A stretch of 64,000 nucleotides of DNA from Alphaproteobacteria bacterium (GCA_965225945.1 CBDDBZ010000036.1:32001-96000); one strand, 5' to 3'. Positions 31,617 to 43,599 are shown, counted from the first letter of the stretch. Numbers and translations: made by a program. The notes: generated by a model from the sequence alone, not told the origin.

Positions 31617-32729
31617 ATGCGCCTCTCGGAGTTCGACTTCGAGCTGCCGCCGGGCCGAATTGCGACGCGGCCGGCGGCGCCGCGCGATGCTGCGCGGCTA
31701 CTGTGCGTCGGGCCCGAGCCGGCCGCCGGGCCGGGCGAGTTCGCCGATCGGCGGATCGCCGACCTGCCGGAGCTGCTGCGCCCCGGCGACCTGCTGGTGG
31801 TCAACGACACCCGGGTCATTCCGGCCCGCTTGCTCGGGCGGCGGGGCGAAGTTCGCTTCGAGGCGACGCTGATCGAGCCTACCAGCCCCGGCCGCTGGCG
31901 CGCGCTGGTGCGACCCGCGCGTCGGTTGCATAGAGGCGATATCGTCATTTTCGCGGCCGGTTTTGAGGCTATTGTGCTGAATCGTGACGGTGGCGAGGTC
32001 GAATTTGAGTTCGAAATGACAGCGAAAGCTGTCATAAATCGGCTCCGGATGCACGGCTCGGTGCCGCTTCCACCCTATATTCTCGCAACGCGCGTGGCCG
32101 GCGATACTCGAGCCGCGGTTGAGACCGAGACGGTCGACGATACTCGCATAACGCGTCAGGTCGATGCGGCCGACGCGGCCGACTACCAGACCATGTTCGC
32201 GGCCGCCGAGGGCGCCGTCGCCGCGCCGACGGCGGGGCTCCACTTCACCCCGGCCCTGGTTCGCCGGCTCAAAGCCCGCGCCATCGAGATCGTGCCGGTG
32301 ACGCTCCACGTCGGGCCCGCCAGCTTCCTCCCCGTCACGGCGCAGGTGATCGACGCGCACCGCATGAGGGCGGAGCGCGCCCTCCTCTCCGAGGGCAGCG
32401 CGGAGGCGCTGAACCGGGCCCGTGCCGAGGGCCGGCGGATCGTCGCGGTCGGCTCCACCAGCCTGCGGCTGATCGAGACCGCGTGCTCCGAGGACGGCCG
32501 GGTGCGGCCCTTCGAGGGCCGGACGGCGCTCTTCATCCGGCCCGGATACCGCTTTAGAATCACCGATCTGATGGTGACCAACTTTCACCAGCCGCGCTCG
32601 ACGCTCTTCATGCTGGTCGCCGCCTTCGCCGGCCTGGAGCGGATCCGGCGGGCCTATGGCCATGCGATCGCCAGCCACTATCGGTTCTATTCCTATGGCG
32701 ACGCCTGCCTGCTGGAGCGCGCGCGGTGA
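31617..32729 (+). CDS. queA: SAM:tRNA ribosyltransferase-isomerase
   Basis: [36 protein letters not shown]. Confidence 0.95.
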   Translation: MRLSEFDFELPPGRIATRPAAPRDAARLLCVGPEPAAGPGEFADRRIADLPELLRPGDLLVVNDTRVIPARLLGRRGEVRFEATLIEPTSPGRWRALVRPARRLHRGDIVIFAAGFEAIVLNRDGGEVEFEFEMTAKAVINRLRMHGSVPLPPYILATRVAGDTRAAVETETVDDTRITRQVDAADAADYQTMFAAAEGAVAAPTAGLHFTPALVRRLKARAIEIVPVTLHVGPASFLPVTAQVIDAHRMRAERALLSEGSAEALNRARAEGRRIVAVGSTSLRLIETACSEDGRVRPFEGRTALFIRPGYRFRITDLMVTNFHQPRSTLFMLVAAFAGLERIRRAYGHAIASHYRFYSYGDACLLERAR

Positions 32730-33865
32730 GCGGTAAGTTCGGCTTCCGCCTCGAGGCGCGCGCGGGCGCGGCGCGGGCCGGGCGCTTGCTCACCGGGCGG
32801 GGCGAGATCCGGACGCCGGCCTTCATGGCCGTCGGCACGGCGGCGGCGGTCAAGGCGATGGCGCCCGAGGAGGTGGCGGCAACGGGCGCCGAGATCGTGC
32901 TGGCCAACACCTACCATCTGATGCTGCGGCCCGGCGCGGGCCCAATCGAGCGGCTGGGCGGCCTGCATAAATTCATGAACTGGCCCAAGGCGATCCTGAC
33001 CGATTCGGGCGGTTTCCAGGTCATGTCGCTGGCCCCGCTCCGCGAGCTCGACGAGGCCGGCGTCACCTTCCGCTCGCACCTCGACGGCGCCCGCCACCGC
33101 TTGACGCCGGAGGGAAGCGTCGAACTCCAGCACCGGCTCGGCGCCGACATCACCATGGTGCTGGACGAGTGCACGGCCTTCCCCGCGAGCGAGGCGGAGG
33201 CGCGCGCTTCGATGGCGCGCTCGATGCGCTGGGCGCGGCGCGGCTGCGAGGCCTTCCGGCCCCGCCCCGGGCACGGCCTCTTCGCCATCGTCCAGGGCAG
33301 CGTCTACCCCGAGCTGCGCGTCGAGAGCGCGGCGCGGCTGGTCGCGCTCGGCTTCGACGGCTATGCGGTCGGCGGCCTGGCGGTGGGCGAGGGCCCGGAG
33401 AAGATGCTGGCGGTGCTCGAGGCGACGGTGCCGGCGCTGCCCGAGGACCGGCCGCGCTATCTGATGGGGGTGGGCAAGCCGGCCGACCTGGTGGCCGCGG
33501 TGCGGCTCGGCATCGACATGTTCGACTGCGTGCTGCCGACGCGCTCCGGGCGCACCGGCCAGGCCTTCACCCGGCGCGGCCCGATCAACCTCAGAAACGC
33601 CCGCCACGCGGAGGACCCGAGGCCGCTCGACGAGGCCTGCCGCTGTCCCGCCTGCCGCAACTATACCCGCGCGTACCTGCATCACCTGGTGCGCGGCCGC
33701 GAGATCCTCGCCGCCATGCTGCTGACGCGGCACAATCTGACCTACTACCAGGACCTGATGGCGGGCTTGCGCCGAGCGATCGGCGAAGACGAGTTGGAGG
33801 CCTTCGCCGCCGAATTTACCGCCGCCCAGGGGCAAGGCGACATTGCGCCGCTCGAGGCCGGCTGA
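32726..33865 (+). CDS. tgt: tRNA-guanine transglycosylase
   Basis: [24 protein letters not shown] zinc site. Confidence 0.96.
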   Translation: MSGKFGFRLEARAGAARAGRLLTGRGEIRTPAFMAVGTAAAVKAMAPEEVAATGAEIVLANTYHLMLRPGAGPIERLGGLHKFMNWPKAILTDSGGFQVMSLAPLRELDEAGVTFRSHLDGARHRLTPEGSVELQHRLGADITMVLDECTAFPASEAEARASMARSMRWARRGCEAFRPRPGHGLFAIVQGSVYPELRVESAARLVALGFDGYAVGGLAVGEGPEKMLAVLEATVPALPEDRPRYLMGVGKPADLVAAVRLGIDMFDCVLPTRSGRTGQAFTRRGPINLRNARHAEDPRPLDEACRCPACRNYTRAYLHHLVRGREILAAMLLTRHNLTYYQDLMAGLRRAIGEDELEAFAAEFTAAQGQGDIAPLEAG

Positions 33866-33902
33866 AGGCGTCCTCCCACGCTTCCCCCTCCGAATTGTTG
33901 TG

Positions 33903-35312
33903 GTCGCGGCCCGCTCCCGTTTTATTTTTTCGCTTTTGAAGTGTACCGAAGGATCCTGCGGCTTCGCTTTTGGAGTGTGTCGAGGGGGCCCTCCGGCGTC
34001 GCTTCTCGAGGGTGTCGAGGGGCCTTCCGGCTTCGCTATTCGAGTCTGTCGAGGGGCCCTCCGGCATCGCAGAGGCGCCTTCATGAGGCATTCATTTTGG
34101 CTCAATTCGTGAATTGTATGCATTAGTGATAGAGTGCCTGGAACGTCAGGAGGTTGGGTTATGGACGGCAAGGGTTTCCAGGTGTGGCTTTCGGCGGCGC
34201 GCGGGCTGACGCGCGCGCAGCGGCGCGAGGCGCTCGCGGTGCTGTCGGGCCGGAGCGAGGGCGAGGCATCGAAGGCCGCGATCGAGCTTGGTGTGGACGA
34301 GGCCCGGCGCTGTCCGCACTGCGCGAGCGAAGGGGCGGTTTCGCGCGGTATGGCGCGGGGTCTGCGGCGCTACCAGTGCAAGGGCTGCGGCAGGACCTTC
34401 AACGCGCTGAGCGGTACGCCGCTGTCGGGCTTGCACCACAAGGAACGCTGGCTGTCGTTCGGGGCGTCGCTGGCGAAGGGGGAGACGGTGAAGGCCTCGG
34501 CGGCGCGCTGCGACGTGGCGGTGAGCACGGCGTTCCGCTGGCGTCACCGGTTTCTGGCGGCGGCGCGGAGCGATTCGGAGGTGCTCAAGGGGATCGTGGA
34601 AGCGGACGAGACCTACGTCCTGGAGAGCCGGAAGGGCGCGCGCGGGCTGGGGCGCAAGGCACGGCGGCGGGGCGGCAAGGCGAAGAAGCGCGGCCTCTCG
34701 CGCGAGCAGGTACCGGTTCTCATGGCGGCGGACCGGAGCGGAACGACGGTCAGCGCGGTGCTGCCCAGGGTCGATGCGGCGGCGCTCACGGCTGCCCTCG
34801 ACCCGGTGGTCGCGAAGGACGCCCTGCTGGTCTCCGACGGCGGCGCGAGCTACCCACCGTGCGCCGCCGCGCTCGGGGTGAGCCACGAAGCACTCAACCG
34901 CTCGATGGGGGAACGGGTTCGGGGCGATCTGCATGTGCAGACGGTGAACAGCCGCCACAGCCGGTTGAAGGACTTCCTGCGTCCCCGCCGCGGCATCGCC
35001 ACCCGCTATCTGGACAACTACCTGAGCTGGTTCCACCTCGTCGGCCTCGCCCCCGGCGCCAATGACCGAGCCTGCCTCGCCGCCGCCGTAACAAGGTGAC
35101 GCATATAATTCACGAATTGAGCCTTCATTTTCGCCCGAAAATGAATGCATTTCCGCCCAAATGAATGCTTTCGCTTTGCTCGGGGCCCAAAATGAGGTCC
35201 TACGCGATGCCGTGATGGTTGCATAGACAGATGCCGCGACTTCGCTCGGGGCCCGAAATGAGGTCCTAGGCGATGGGTTTCCCGCGGCGCCGGGAGGGCC
35301 GGTCCCGGTCTC
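33903..35312 (+). repeat. Dispersed composite intergenic repeat, copy 1 (interrupted by IS1595)
   Basis: Colinear with 49547-49785; about 34-bp tandem subunits gtgtgtcgaggggccctccggcttcgc, aaatgaatgc subunits, gggtttcccgcggcgccgggagggccggtc end. Confidence 0.8.
34099..35123 (+). mobile_element. IS1595-family element, transposase 34161-35099
   Basis: ggctcaattcgtgaatt IRs, 8-bp TSD TTCATTTT; Zn ribbon, EADETY. Confidence 0.93.
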
Positions 35313-35532
35313 GTCGGCGGAGCGAAGGCGTCCGCTCGGTCGTGGCCGTGGTCCGCCCTTCATCCCGTGGTGGCCCCCACGGGATGAAGGGCGGTTGGTG
35401 GCCTCGATGCCCGGCGCTGTGGAACGGCGTGCAAAGTTGACCCCTGTTGAGGGGTGATCGGCGTCCAAATTTGACCCCCTGAGCCTGGCTAGTCCAAGTC
35501 ACCTCGTTTTTGGGCGGACGAGGTGGTGGGGG

Positions 35533-37044
35533 ATGTTGGTCGTGGAGACGATAGCGCGGATCCGGCGGGAGTATTTCGTCAAGGGGAAGCCGATCAAGGA
35601 GATCGTGCGGGACGTGAAGGTCTCGGGCAACACGGTGCGCAAGGTGATCCGTTCGCAGGCGACGGCGTTCACCTACGACCGGCGGGTCCAGCCGATGCCG
35701 AAGCTGGGGCCGTGGACGGCCGAGCTGGAGCGGATGCTGGAGGCCAACGAGACCAAGTCGAAGCGGGAGCGGCTGACGCTGCTACGGATCTCCGAAGCCC
35801 TCGAGGGTCTGGGCTATGGCGGCGGCTACGACGCGGTGCGGCGCTACGCCAAGGCGTGGCGGTGGCGCCGTTCGGCATCGACGGCGCAGACCTATGTGCC
35901 GTTGGTGTTCTCGCCGGGCGAGGCCTATCAGTTCGACTGGAGCCACGAGTACGTGGTGCTGGCGGGGGTGACGACCAAGGTCAAGGTCGCGCACGTCCGG
36001 CTGTGCCACAGCCGAATGTTCTTCGTCCGCGCTTATCCGCGCGAGAGCCAGGAGATGGTGTTCGACGCCCACGACCGGGCATTCCGGCTGTTCCAGGGTG
36101 CCTGCCGGCGAGGCATCTACGACAACATGAAGACGGCGGTGCAGACCGTCCTCATCGGCAAGGAGCGCGCGTTCAACCGGCGCTTCGTGCAGATGTGTGG
36201 CCACTACCTGGTCGAACCGACAGCATGCACGCCGGGAGCGGGATGGGAGAAGGGGCAGGTCGAGAACCAGGTCGGGATCATCCGCGGTCGGTTCTTCACC
36301 CCGCGGCTGCGCTTCAAGACCTACGACGAGCTCAACGCCTGGCTCTTGGACCAGTGCGTCGCCTACGCCCGGCGTCATCCCCACCCGGTGTTCAAGGACA
36401 GGACTGTCTGGCAGGTGTTCGAGGACGAGCGTCCGTCCCTGGTCGGCTATCGCGGGCCGTTCGACGGCTTCCACGCGGTCCCGGCGTCGGTGTCGAAGAC
36501 CTGCCTGGTGCGCTTCGACAGCAACAAGTACAGCGTGGCGGCGCGCGCCGTCGGCCGTCCGGTCGAGGTCCATGCCTACGCCGATCGCATCGTCATCCGC
36601 CAGGACGGCGAGATCGTCGCCGAGCATGCCCGGCGCTTCGGCCGCGACCAGACCGTCTATGACCCGTGGCACTACGTGCCCGTGCTGGCGAGGAAGCCCG
36701 GTGCGCTTCGTAACGGCGCGCCGTTCAAGGACTGGGCGCTGCCCGGCGCCCTGGGTCGCGTGCGCGTCCGGCTCGCCGGCCACGACGACGGCGACAGGCA
36801 GATGGTCGAGATCCTCACCGCCGTGCTGGCGGATGGGCTGGCGGCGGTGGAGGCCGCCTGTGCCGAGGCGCTCGCTGGCGGCGTGTGCAGCGCCGACGTC
36901 GTGCTCAACATCCTCAATCGTCGGCGCCAGCCGTCCGAGACGGCGCCGATCCCGACGCCCGCGAACCTGCGTCTTCGCTTTGAGCCGGTGGCCGATTGCA
37001 CCCGCTACGACCGCTTGAGGGGGGTCGGCCATGGAGCGCCATGA
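35533..37044 (+). CDS. istA: IS21 transposase
   Basis: [21 protein letters not shown]. Confidence 0.95.
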   Translation: MLVVETIARIRREYFVKGKPIKEIVRDVKVSGNTVRKVIRSQATAFTYDRRVQPMPKLGPWTAELERMLEANETKSKRERLTLLRISEALEGLGYGGGYDAVRRYAKAWRWRRSASTAQTYVPLVFSPGEAYQFDWSHEYVVLAGVTTKVKVAHVRLCHSRMFFVRAYPRESQEMVFDAHDRAFRLFQGACRRGIYDNMKTAVQTVLIGKERAFNRRFVQMCGHYLVEPTACTPGAGWEKGQVENQVGIIRGRFFTPRLRFKTYDELNAWLLDQCVAYARRHPHPVFKDRTVWQVFEDERPSLVGYRGPFDGFHAVPASVSKTCLVRFDSNKYSVAARAVGRPVEVHAYADRIVIRQDGEIVAEHARRFGRDQTVYDPWHYVPVLARKPGALRNGAPFKDWALPGALGRVRVRLAGHDDGDRQMVEILTAVLADGLAAVEAACAEALAGGVCSADVVLNILNRRRQPSETAPIPTPANLRLRFEPVADCTRYDRLRGVGHGAP

Positions 37045-37759
37045 GGTCCTGGAGATGATGGCCGCACTCAAGCTCGCCGGCATGCGCGACGCGTTCGACG
37101 AGGTGCTCGCCGACGGCCTCAAGCGCCAGCATCCGATGCAGCGAATCATCGGCGAGCTGTTGAAGGCCGAGATCGCCGACAAGCAGGCGCGATCCATCAA
37201 GTACCAGATGAGTGGCGCCAAGCTGCCGCTGGCCAAGGAGCTGGCCGACTTCGACTTCACCGACACCCCGGTCAACGAGCCGCTGGTCCGCGAGTTGGCG
37301 GTCGGCGGCTTCCTGGCCAACCAGCGCAACGCCGTGCTGATCGGCGGCACCGGCACCGGCAAGAGCCATCTCGCCGTCGCCATCGCGCGGGCCTGCATCC
37401 GCGATGGCGCCCGGGGCCGCTTCTTCAACGTCGTCGACCTGGTCAACCGGCTCGAGGCCGAAGCCCGCGCCGGCCGCCAGGGCCGGCTCGCCGATCAGCT
37501 GGCCCGGCGCGACCTCGTCATCCTCGACGAGCTCGGCTACCTGCCCTTCGCCCAAACCGGAGGCCAGCTGCTGTTCCACCTCGTCAGCCGGCTCTACGAG
37601 CGCACCTCGATCATCGTCACCACCAACCTGACCTTCGGCGAATGGCCGTCCGTCTTCGGCGACGCCAAGATGACCACCGCGCTCCTCGATCGTCTGACGC
37701 ACCACTGCGAGATCATCGAGACCGGAAACGACTCCTGGCGCTTCAAGAATCGGTCCTAA
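37031..37759 (+). CDS. istB: IS21 helper ATPase
   Basis: [25 protein letters not shown]. Confidence 0.95.
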   Translation: MERHEVLEMMAALKLAGMRDAFDEVLADGLKRQHPMQRIIGELLKAEIADKQARSIKYQMSGAKLPLAKELADFDFTDTPVNEPLVRELAVGGFLANQRNAVLIGGTGTGKSHLAVAIARACIRDGARGRFFNVVDLVNRLEAEARAGRQGRLADQLARRDLVILDELGYLPFAQTGGQLLFHLVSRLYERTSIIVTTNLTFGEWPSVFGDAKMTTALLDRLTHHCEIIETGNDSWRFKNRS

Positions 37760-37962
37760 AGGCAACCGATCCACCTGCGGCCCGGTCGCCCAGGTGGGCC
37801 CACAGGAACCTCCCACGCGCGGTCCGCCGCCAGCCGCGTGGTGGGCGCGTCGGCCCGCGCGCGGGCCCCTCCTATGGACTACCTGTACGACCTCCGCCGT
37901 GCATCCCCAAAGGGGTCAACATTGCACGCCGATAGGGGGTCAATGTTCAACGCCGATTGACA

Positions 37963-38461
37963 GGCCGTGAAGAGCGTCACCGGTATTAAGGGGCGCGCTC
38001 TCCGCAGCCGGCGGGACTTTCCTGGCAACATCGACCTCCCGACATGCTCGGGCAACCTCCTGCCGGACCCTCTCGCCTTCACCGGATTCGATGCGGTCCA
38101 GAGCTATCGTGGCCGCTTCCTCCGGCGCCGCCGAGACGGCCGCCATATCGTTGGCGAGCGCCTTCATGGTATCCCTGAAGCTCAGATGCGCAACGCGTTG
38201 CGCTTTCTCGGGGTCGAGTTTCGGCATCTCCCGAGCCAGCCTCATGTAGGCCTGGGCGGTGCGTTTGGAAAACGAGCAGTTGGCTTCGAGCCAGGGCAGC
38301 CATCCGCTATGTGGCGCTGCGCCCTTCGCTTCGATCAGCAGCTCGCCAGCTTTCAGGGCATGGCCCATGGCCGTCTTGAACGCGCCTTCGACACATTCGT
38401 GCTCTTCGTTGATCTTCTGCGCCAAGTCGTCCAGGACCGGCGCCACGTTGCTCGTATCCAT
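37963..38461 (-). pseudogene. DUF3102-domain phage/satellite protein truncated by IS21
   Basis: AGELLIEAK...HSGWLPWLEANC.FSKRTAQAYMRLA. Confidence 0.75.
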
Positions 38462-39494
38462 CGTCATCTTCCTCCTCGCGCTGTCGCCTCGCCAGCAGGG
38501 ACCCCGTGGGAATGCCAGCGGGCGCAGTTCGGGCACCAGACGCGGCAGGTGGTGGTGCCCGTCGGGAACGCCAGGAGCTTTGGGCCCGTGATCTTCGGCT
38601 TGCGCATCGATCGTCTCCTTTCGTGGTGGTGGTGGAACCCTTCCAATAGGGTTTCGGAAGGGTTTTCGAGCGGCGCCAAAAATTTCGGGCCTCCCTTTTC
38701 CTCTCGATGTCAGCGCGGCCCTTTCTAGGGACCGCACCGCTATCAGTACTTGCCGATGATGCGGCCGCCGCACTTCTTGCACGTCATATCCGTCTCCTTT
38801 CGTGTGGTGGTGGAGCCTTCGTATGAGCAATATCTAATGGTGGCCAATTATATGAGGAATTGCTTATTATCTGTGGTCTTTCCTTCCAGGAGCATCGTCG
38901 ATCGTTCGTCGAGCGCTCGGCGTGGTGTCGGCTCGGGTTCGCTGCCGCCCGGCGGTTCCGGCTTGAAAGCCGACGTCGCTTCGCGTCGTTGATGCAGTTG
39001 ATGATGGCTACCAAACCCCCATGGGAACCAGAGCCCGAGAAGGGTTGCAGGCAGAGCTTCGCCAAGCGCTGGCGAAGCCCGCCGTCTCCAGTTCATGGGA
39101 ACCGTCACCGTCGTGAGGGAGACTGTGCGTCGGCGGACTGACGAAACCTCTATCGAGGGAGGCCGGGGTCAGGCTGTCGGCCTTTACTCGCGCTTCATCT
39201 GGCGCGGCGACGTGCTCACGGCACGCTTTAGCTACCTTGCCAGTCCGCCGGCTCGGTAGCCTGCTGAGGGTCGGAGCAATCCGTTGCCCTCTCCTGGTGA
39301 TCAGTTGCCGCCGAGGCGGGTCCGTCTCACCTTGATGCGGATGCCCTTCCGCTTGCGATCCGAGTGCTCACCGTTATGCCACGTACGGCCGATGGCTCGG
39401 AGCCCACAGGGGGCTGGCTATTTTCGGCCAAGGCGTTGGCCTCGAAGTTGATCACGTTGCAGGAACCCCTACGTCGTTTTGCCGGACGTGCCGG

Positions 39495-39734
39495 TTAGGG
39501 CACGCTTCCGTTGCGCCGGAGCTTCTTCATCCGGTATTTGACTTGGTTGTAGCCGTGCTCGGTCTTCTCCACCGGCTCCGGCAAGCGCGGGTCGGTCATC
39601 AGGTAGAAGATGTGGCGAACGCTCTGCGGGTGGTAGTCGACCAGGGCGGACACGATCTGCGAATCAAGCTGGGCGATCGCGGCCTGGGTCCGGCGCTTGC
39701 GGCGTTTATCACCCCCGGTGGTTAAACGGCTCAA
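39495..39734 (-). pseudogene. Truncated N-terminus of a phage-type winged-helix/TOPRIM protein
   Basis: PQSVRHIFY...VEKTEHGYNQVK...LRRNGSVP then stop. Confidence 0.5.
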
Positions 39735-39738
39735 GGTG

Positions 39739-39930
39739 TCACGCCTCGCCGCTCGTCAGGCGATCGAAATACGCGCGAAGACGCCGCCTCGATCCGACCC
39801 ATTTGGAGCCGACCTTGCCGGCCGGGATCTGCCCTCTTTCGAGCATATGATATGCCGTCCTGACGGGCACGCCAATCTCGTCGGCAATAGCTTGGGCGCC
39901 GTCCAGTAGATCGTCTGCGAGTCAGTCCAT
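39739..39930 (-). pseudogene. Excisionase-like HTH protein with TGA at codon 3
   Basis: MD*LADDLLDGAQAIADEIGVPVRTAYHMLERGQIPAGKVGSKWVGSR; AAAGGA RBS. Confidence 0.7.
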
Positions 39931-39983
39931 TGTAGTTCCTTTCACGATAAGAGCCGTTTTCCCTTTTAAGACTCAAAAAAATT

Positions 39984-41013
39984 CCTGATTACGCACTTAA
40001 CTCAGCTGGATTGATGTGGTACAAATCGTGAACAAATGGCGGTTTTTCTGGGGGTTCACAATGCCACGCAACAAGGTTCAGTTCCAGAAGGGGCTCTGCG
40101 AGCCGCGTTTTCGTGAGTTGTACGGTAGCGAGGAGCAGTGTCGCGAGGCCCTGTTCCGCTGGCGCTGGCCGGAGGGGTTCGCCTGCCCCCGATGTGGCGC
40201 CACGCGCCATTGCGAGATCGCCGGGCGAAAACTCTACCAATGCGCCGCCTGCCGTCATCAAGTTTCGCTGACCGCCGGCACGCTCTTCCACGCGACCAAG
40301 CTGGCGCTGACCCTGTGGTTCTCGGCGATCTATCACATGACCCAATCGAAGAAGGGGATCTCCTCCCTCGAACTCGGCCGGCGGCTCGGCGTCACCCAGA
40401 CCACGGCCTGGAAGATCAAGCAGAAACTGATGCAATCCATGCTCGAGCGCGATGCCAAATTGCCGCTCACCGGGCGGGTGGAGATGGACGATGCCTACCT
40501 CGGCGGCCGGCGTTCCGGGGCCAAGCGCGGCCGAGGCGCGCCGGGCAAGACGCCGTTCGTCGCCGCCGTCCAGACCACGGCGGAGGGCCAGCCCGTGCGC
40601 ATCAAGCTCCGCCGCGTCAAGGGCTTCCGCAAGAGCGAGATCGCCAAGATGGCCAAGCGCGACCTGAGCCCTGGGGCGAGCGTTTTCAGCGACGGGCTCA
40701 ACTGCTTCACCGCCGTCACCACGCGGGGCTGTGCGCATCATCCGATATCCACCGGCTCCGGACCCGGGGCCGTCGCCGTGCCCGCCTTCAAATGGGTCAA
40801 CACCACCCTCGGCAACCTCAAAAACACCCTGCGCGGTACCTACCATGCGATCCGACCCAAGCATGTGCCGCGCTAACTGGCGGCGTTCCAGTACCGATAC
40901 AACCGCCGCTACCGGCTCGCCGACATGATCGAAGCCCTCGGCCGCGATGCCCTGCGCACGCCGCCCATGCCATATCGGCTCCTGAAATTGGCTGAGGTTA
41001 GTGCGTAATCAGG
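39984..41013 (+). mobile_element. IS1595-family element; transposase 40061-41008 has a premature TAA at 40874
   Basis: CCTGATTACGCACT IRs, 8-bp TSD AAAAAATT; EMDDAY. Confidence 0.93.
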
Positions 41014-41021
41014 AAAAAATT

Positions 41022-41525
41022 TCACTCGCGAACGCCGTCAAGAATCCGAGTCAGATTGAGGCGAAGCGACCATCGCGCGGTATCCGGGGCGTGACTGACG
41101 CCGCCCTCGTCCCAGCCGACGACTAGGACATCGTCACGGCCCGAGGGGCCTCGGGCGCCCGGCTCGAAGACCTCAAGCCAGATCGTGCGCTCGGTTTCGA
41201 GGGCCATGTCGATGTAACTCGTCTCCCGATCGTCCCTGGCCGCTTGCCACTCGTTCGCCCGAAGGCCCGACATGAAGAGGGCCATTGCGCCGACCGTCAT
41301 TCCGCGCCGGGACAATTCATGCAGGATCGCCGCCTTGTGAGTCTCGGCCTGCGCGTAGGTCCGCCAGCGGCCCGTCCCCGAATGGATCGCGCCCTCGGGC
41401 CGGAGTAGGCGCTCGCGCGTCCAGTATCGGATTTGCTCGGCAAGCCGCTTGATCTCGGCCGGGTCGCCATCGCGGCAGATGCGGCGAGCGATCCCGGTCA
41501 CGGTATTCGACGTATCGCGCGGCAT
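41022..41525 (-). CDS. MerR-like HTH regulator of an integrated element
   Basis: QIRYWTRERLLRP...GTGRWRTY. Confidence 0.65.
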   Translation of the reverse strand: MPRDTSNTVTGIARRICRDGDPAEIKRLAEQIRYWTRERLLRPEGAIHSGTGRWRTYAQAETHKAAILHELSRRGMTVGAMALFMSGLRANEWQAARDDRETSYIDMALETERTIWLEVFEPGARGPSGRDDVLVVGWDEGGVSHAPDTARWSLRLNLTRILDGVRE

Positions 41526-41767
41526 TGCAAGCGCCTCCTGTGAGTCGCCATAAATAATAGAGGCTGTTTTCCCCTTTGTAAGCACTCCGTCGATCGGCGG
41601 GCGGTGGATCAGGTCCGCGAAGACCCCCGCCATGTCGCAGTCATGTCGCAGGGAGTACATCGGAGCCGTTTGGAATCAGCGGAAATCTGCGGTATTTTTA
41701 GCGACCATGTCGCAAGCGATTCGCCATAAAAAAACCGCCCGAAGGCGGCTAAGTCATTGCTTTTATT

Positions 41768-41844
41768 TGGTAGCGGGGGAGGGACTTGAACCCCCGACAC
41801 GCGGATTATGATTCCGCTGCTCTAACCAGCTGAGCTACCCCGCC
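41768..41844 (-). tRNA. tRNA-Met (CAT), probably elongator
   Basis: GGCGGGGTAGCTCAGCTGGTTAGAGCAGCGGAATCATAATCCGCGTGTCGGGGGTTCAAGTCCCTCCCCCGCTACCA, 77 nt. Confidence 0.95.
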
Positions 41845-42272
41845 ACACCAAGGCGCGCCATCGGGACGCCGCGCCCGTCTCGCCTCGGCCAGCGCCGCGT
41901 GACAGGCGGTCGCATAACGGAATTCACGCGCAGAGGCAAGAGGGCGGCGGGGGCGATTCGATCCTTCGACGCCACGCCGGAGGTCGGCGGCGGCCGCGCC
42001 TCGTGGATCTCATGGACCTCGTCGTGGCGCGGATGGCCCGGCTCGTGTGCCGATCGGCGGCCCTGGATCATCTCGAAATCGTGCGCCCGCGCCATATCGG
42101 TGACACTGGCGCCGTCGCTCATGGTGGCTTCCTCCCGCTCGCGCGAGGCCATGGACGCGGGCGCCCTCGAGCGAGGCGTATATCTCGGCTCGCGCTCGAC
42201 GTGCCTCGGGCGATAGGATACGCGGCGCCGAGATTCGCCCCGCGCGTGCCGGCGTCACTGGGGGAGTGCGTG

Positions 42273-42615
42273 ATGCGTTGGATATTGCCGTGGCTTCTCG
42301 TCTTGATTCTCAGCCCTTCGGTGGCGGCCCAGGACCAGGAGACCGGGTATCACGCCTACATGCGGGGCCATTATGAAACCGCGCGGGCGAATTTCGCCCC
42401 GCTCGCCGAGCGGGGCGATCGCAACTCGCAGATCTTTATCGCCATCATCCACTTCCGGGGCTATGGCGTGCCGCCGCGATGCGGTCGAGGGCCTGAAATG
42501 GGCGACGCTGGCCAATCACAAGCGCACGCGCGAGACCATGCTGGCCGTGATGACAGGCGCGGAGATTGCGGAGGCGCGCCGCCGCGCGCGGGAATGGGAG
42601 GCGCGACGCCGGTGA
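42273..42615 (+). pseudogene. Secreted Sel1-like repeat protein, +1 frameshift near 42474
   Basis: Signal peptide, APLAERGD, GYGVP|RDAVEGLKW, MTGAEIAEARRRAREW. Confidence 0.75.
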
Positions 42616-42664
42616 CCGCCGCCGCCGAGCCACGCGCGAGCCGCGTCCGCGATCGCCGCGCATC

Positions 42665-43438
42665 ATGCGACTGAAGGGTGATGTCGCAATCGTCACCGGC
42701 GCCGCGTCCGGTATCGGTCGGGCGATCGCATGCCTGTTCGCGGCCGAGGGCGCGCACGTGGTGGTGGCCGATGTGCGCGAGATGCCGCGCGAGGGTGGTG
42801 CGCGGACCATCGACCTGATCCGAGAGGCGGGAGGCAGCGGCGATGCCATCCGCTGCGACGTCACCGAGTGGGCCAACGTCGACGGCCTGGTGGCCGACAC
42901 GGTCGCCTGTCACGGCCGGCTCGACGTCATCGTCAACAACGCCGCCATCGGCCTCGACAAGGCGCTGCTGGAAACCGACGAGGCGGATTGGGACTGCGTG
43001 CTCGACGTCAACCTAAAGGGCGTCTTCTTCGCCTGCTTGGCCGCCGTCCGACGGATGGTGGCGCAAGCGCCGAAGGCGGACGACGTCCGGGGACGGATCG
43101 TCAACATCTCCTCCCAACACGGCATGATCGCCGCCCCCGGAGACATCGCCTACGGCGTCGGCAAGGCCGGCGTCGTCTACCTGACCCGCCAGATCGCCGC
43201 CGATTACGCCCGCCACGGCATCGTCTGCAACGCCGTGGCCCCCGGCAAGATCCTGACCGGCAAGAGCGGCCGCGCCCAGGCACCCGAGGTGATCGCCTAT
43301 TCCGAGGCCCGCACGCCGATGGCCCGGCTCGGCCGGCCCGACGACGTCGCCCACGCGGCGCTCTTCCTCGCCAGCGCCGAGGCGAGCTACATCGCCGGCA
43401 TCAACCTCATGGTCGACGGCGGATGGATGGCCTCGTGA
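42665..43438 (+). CDS. SDR family oxidoreductase
   Basis: TGAASGIG, NNAA, YGVGK, VDGGW. Confidence 0.92.
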   Translation: MRLKGDVAIVTGAASGIGRAIACLFAAEGAHVVVADVREMPREGGARTIDLIREAGGSGDAIRCDVTEWANVDGLVADTVACHGRLDVIVNNAAIGLDKALLETDEADWDCVLDVNLKGVFFACLAAVRRMVAQAPKADDVRGRIVNISSQHGMIAAPGDIAYGVGKAGVVYLTRQIAADYARHGIVCNAVAPGKILTGKSGRAQAPEVIAYSEARTPMARLGRPDDVAHAALFLASAEASYIAGINLMVDGGWMAS

Positions 43439-43512
43439 AGCGCGATTTAACATCTTCCGGCGACGCCATGGTCTGGCCACGACGCCTCGCTCGCCCCTAT
43501 ACTCCGCGCGAT

Positions 43513-43577
43513 CCAAGCTCGTGGGCCAAGCTCGTGGGCCAAGCTCGTGGGCCAAGCTCGTGGGCCAAGCTCGTGGG
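43513..43577. repeat. 13-bp tandem repeat x5 (ccaagctcgtggg)
   Basis: Direct read. Confidence 0.95.
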
Positions 43578-43599
43578 GTCGAGAGGGGAGCGAGGCGGA

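Larger units (their letters stand above)
35418..37962 (+). mobile_element. IS21-family element
   Basis: TGT...ACA ends with repeated ggcgt..aa.ttgacccc subterminal motifs; no TSD visible. Confidence 0.92.

Noticed and set aside
33941-34070. ~34-bp repeats as a CRISPR array
   Set aside because: Units are contiguous with no unique spacers, and no cas genes are present. The same holds for the arrays at 43513, 45669 and 53175.
35430-37950. TTGACCCC/GGGGTCAA motifs at IS21 ends as members of the REP-like family
   Set aside because: They are explained as normal IS21 subterminal transposase-binding repeats.
41835-42152. Small ORF upstream of tRNA-Met
   Set aside because: No recognisable motif, and it runs into the tRNA and its promoter region.
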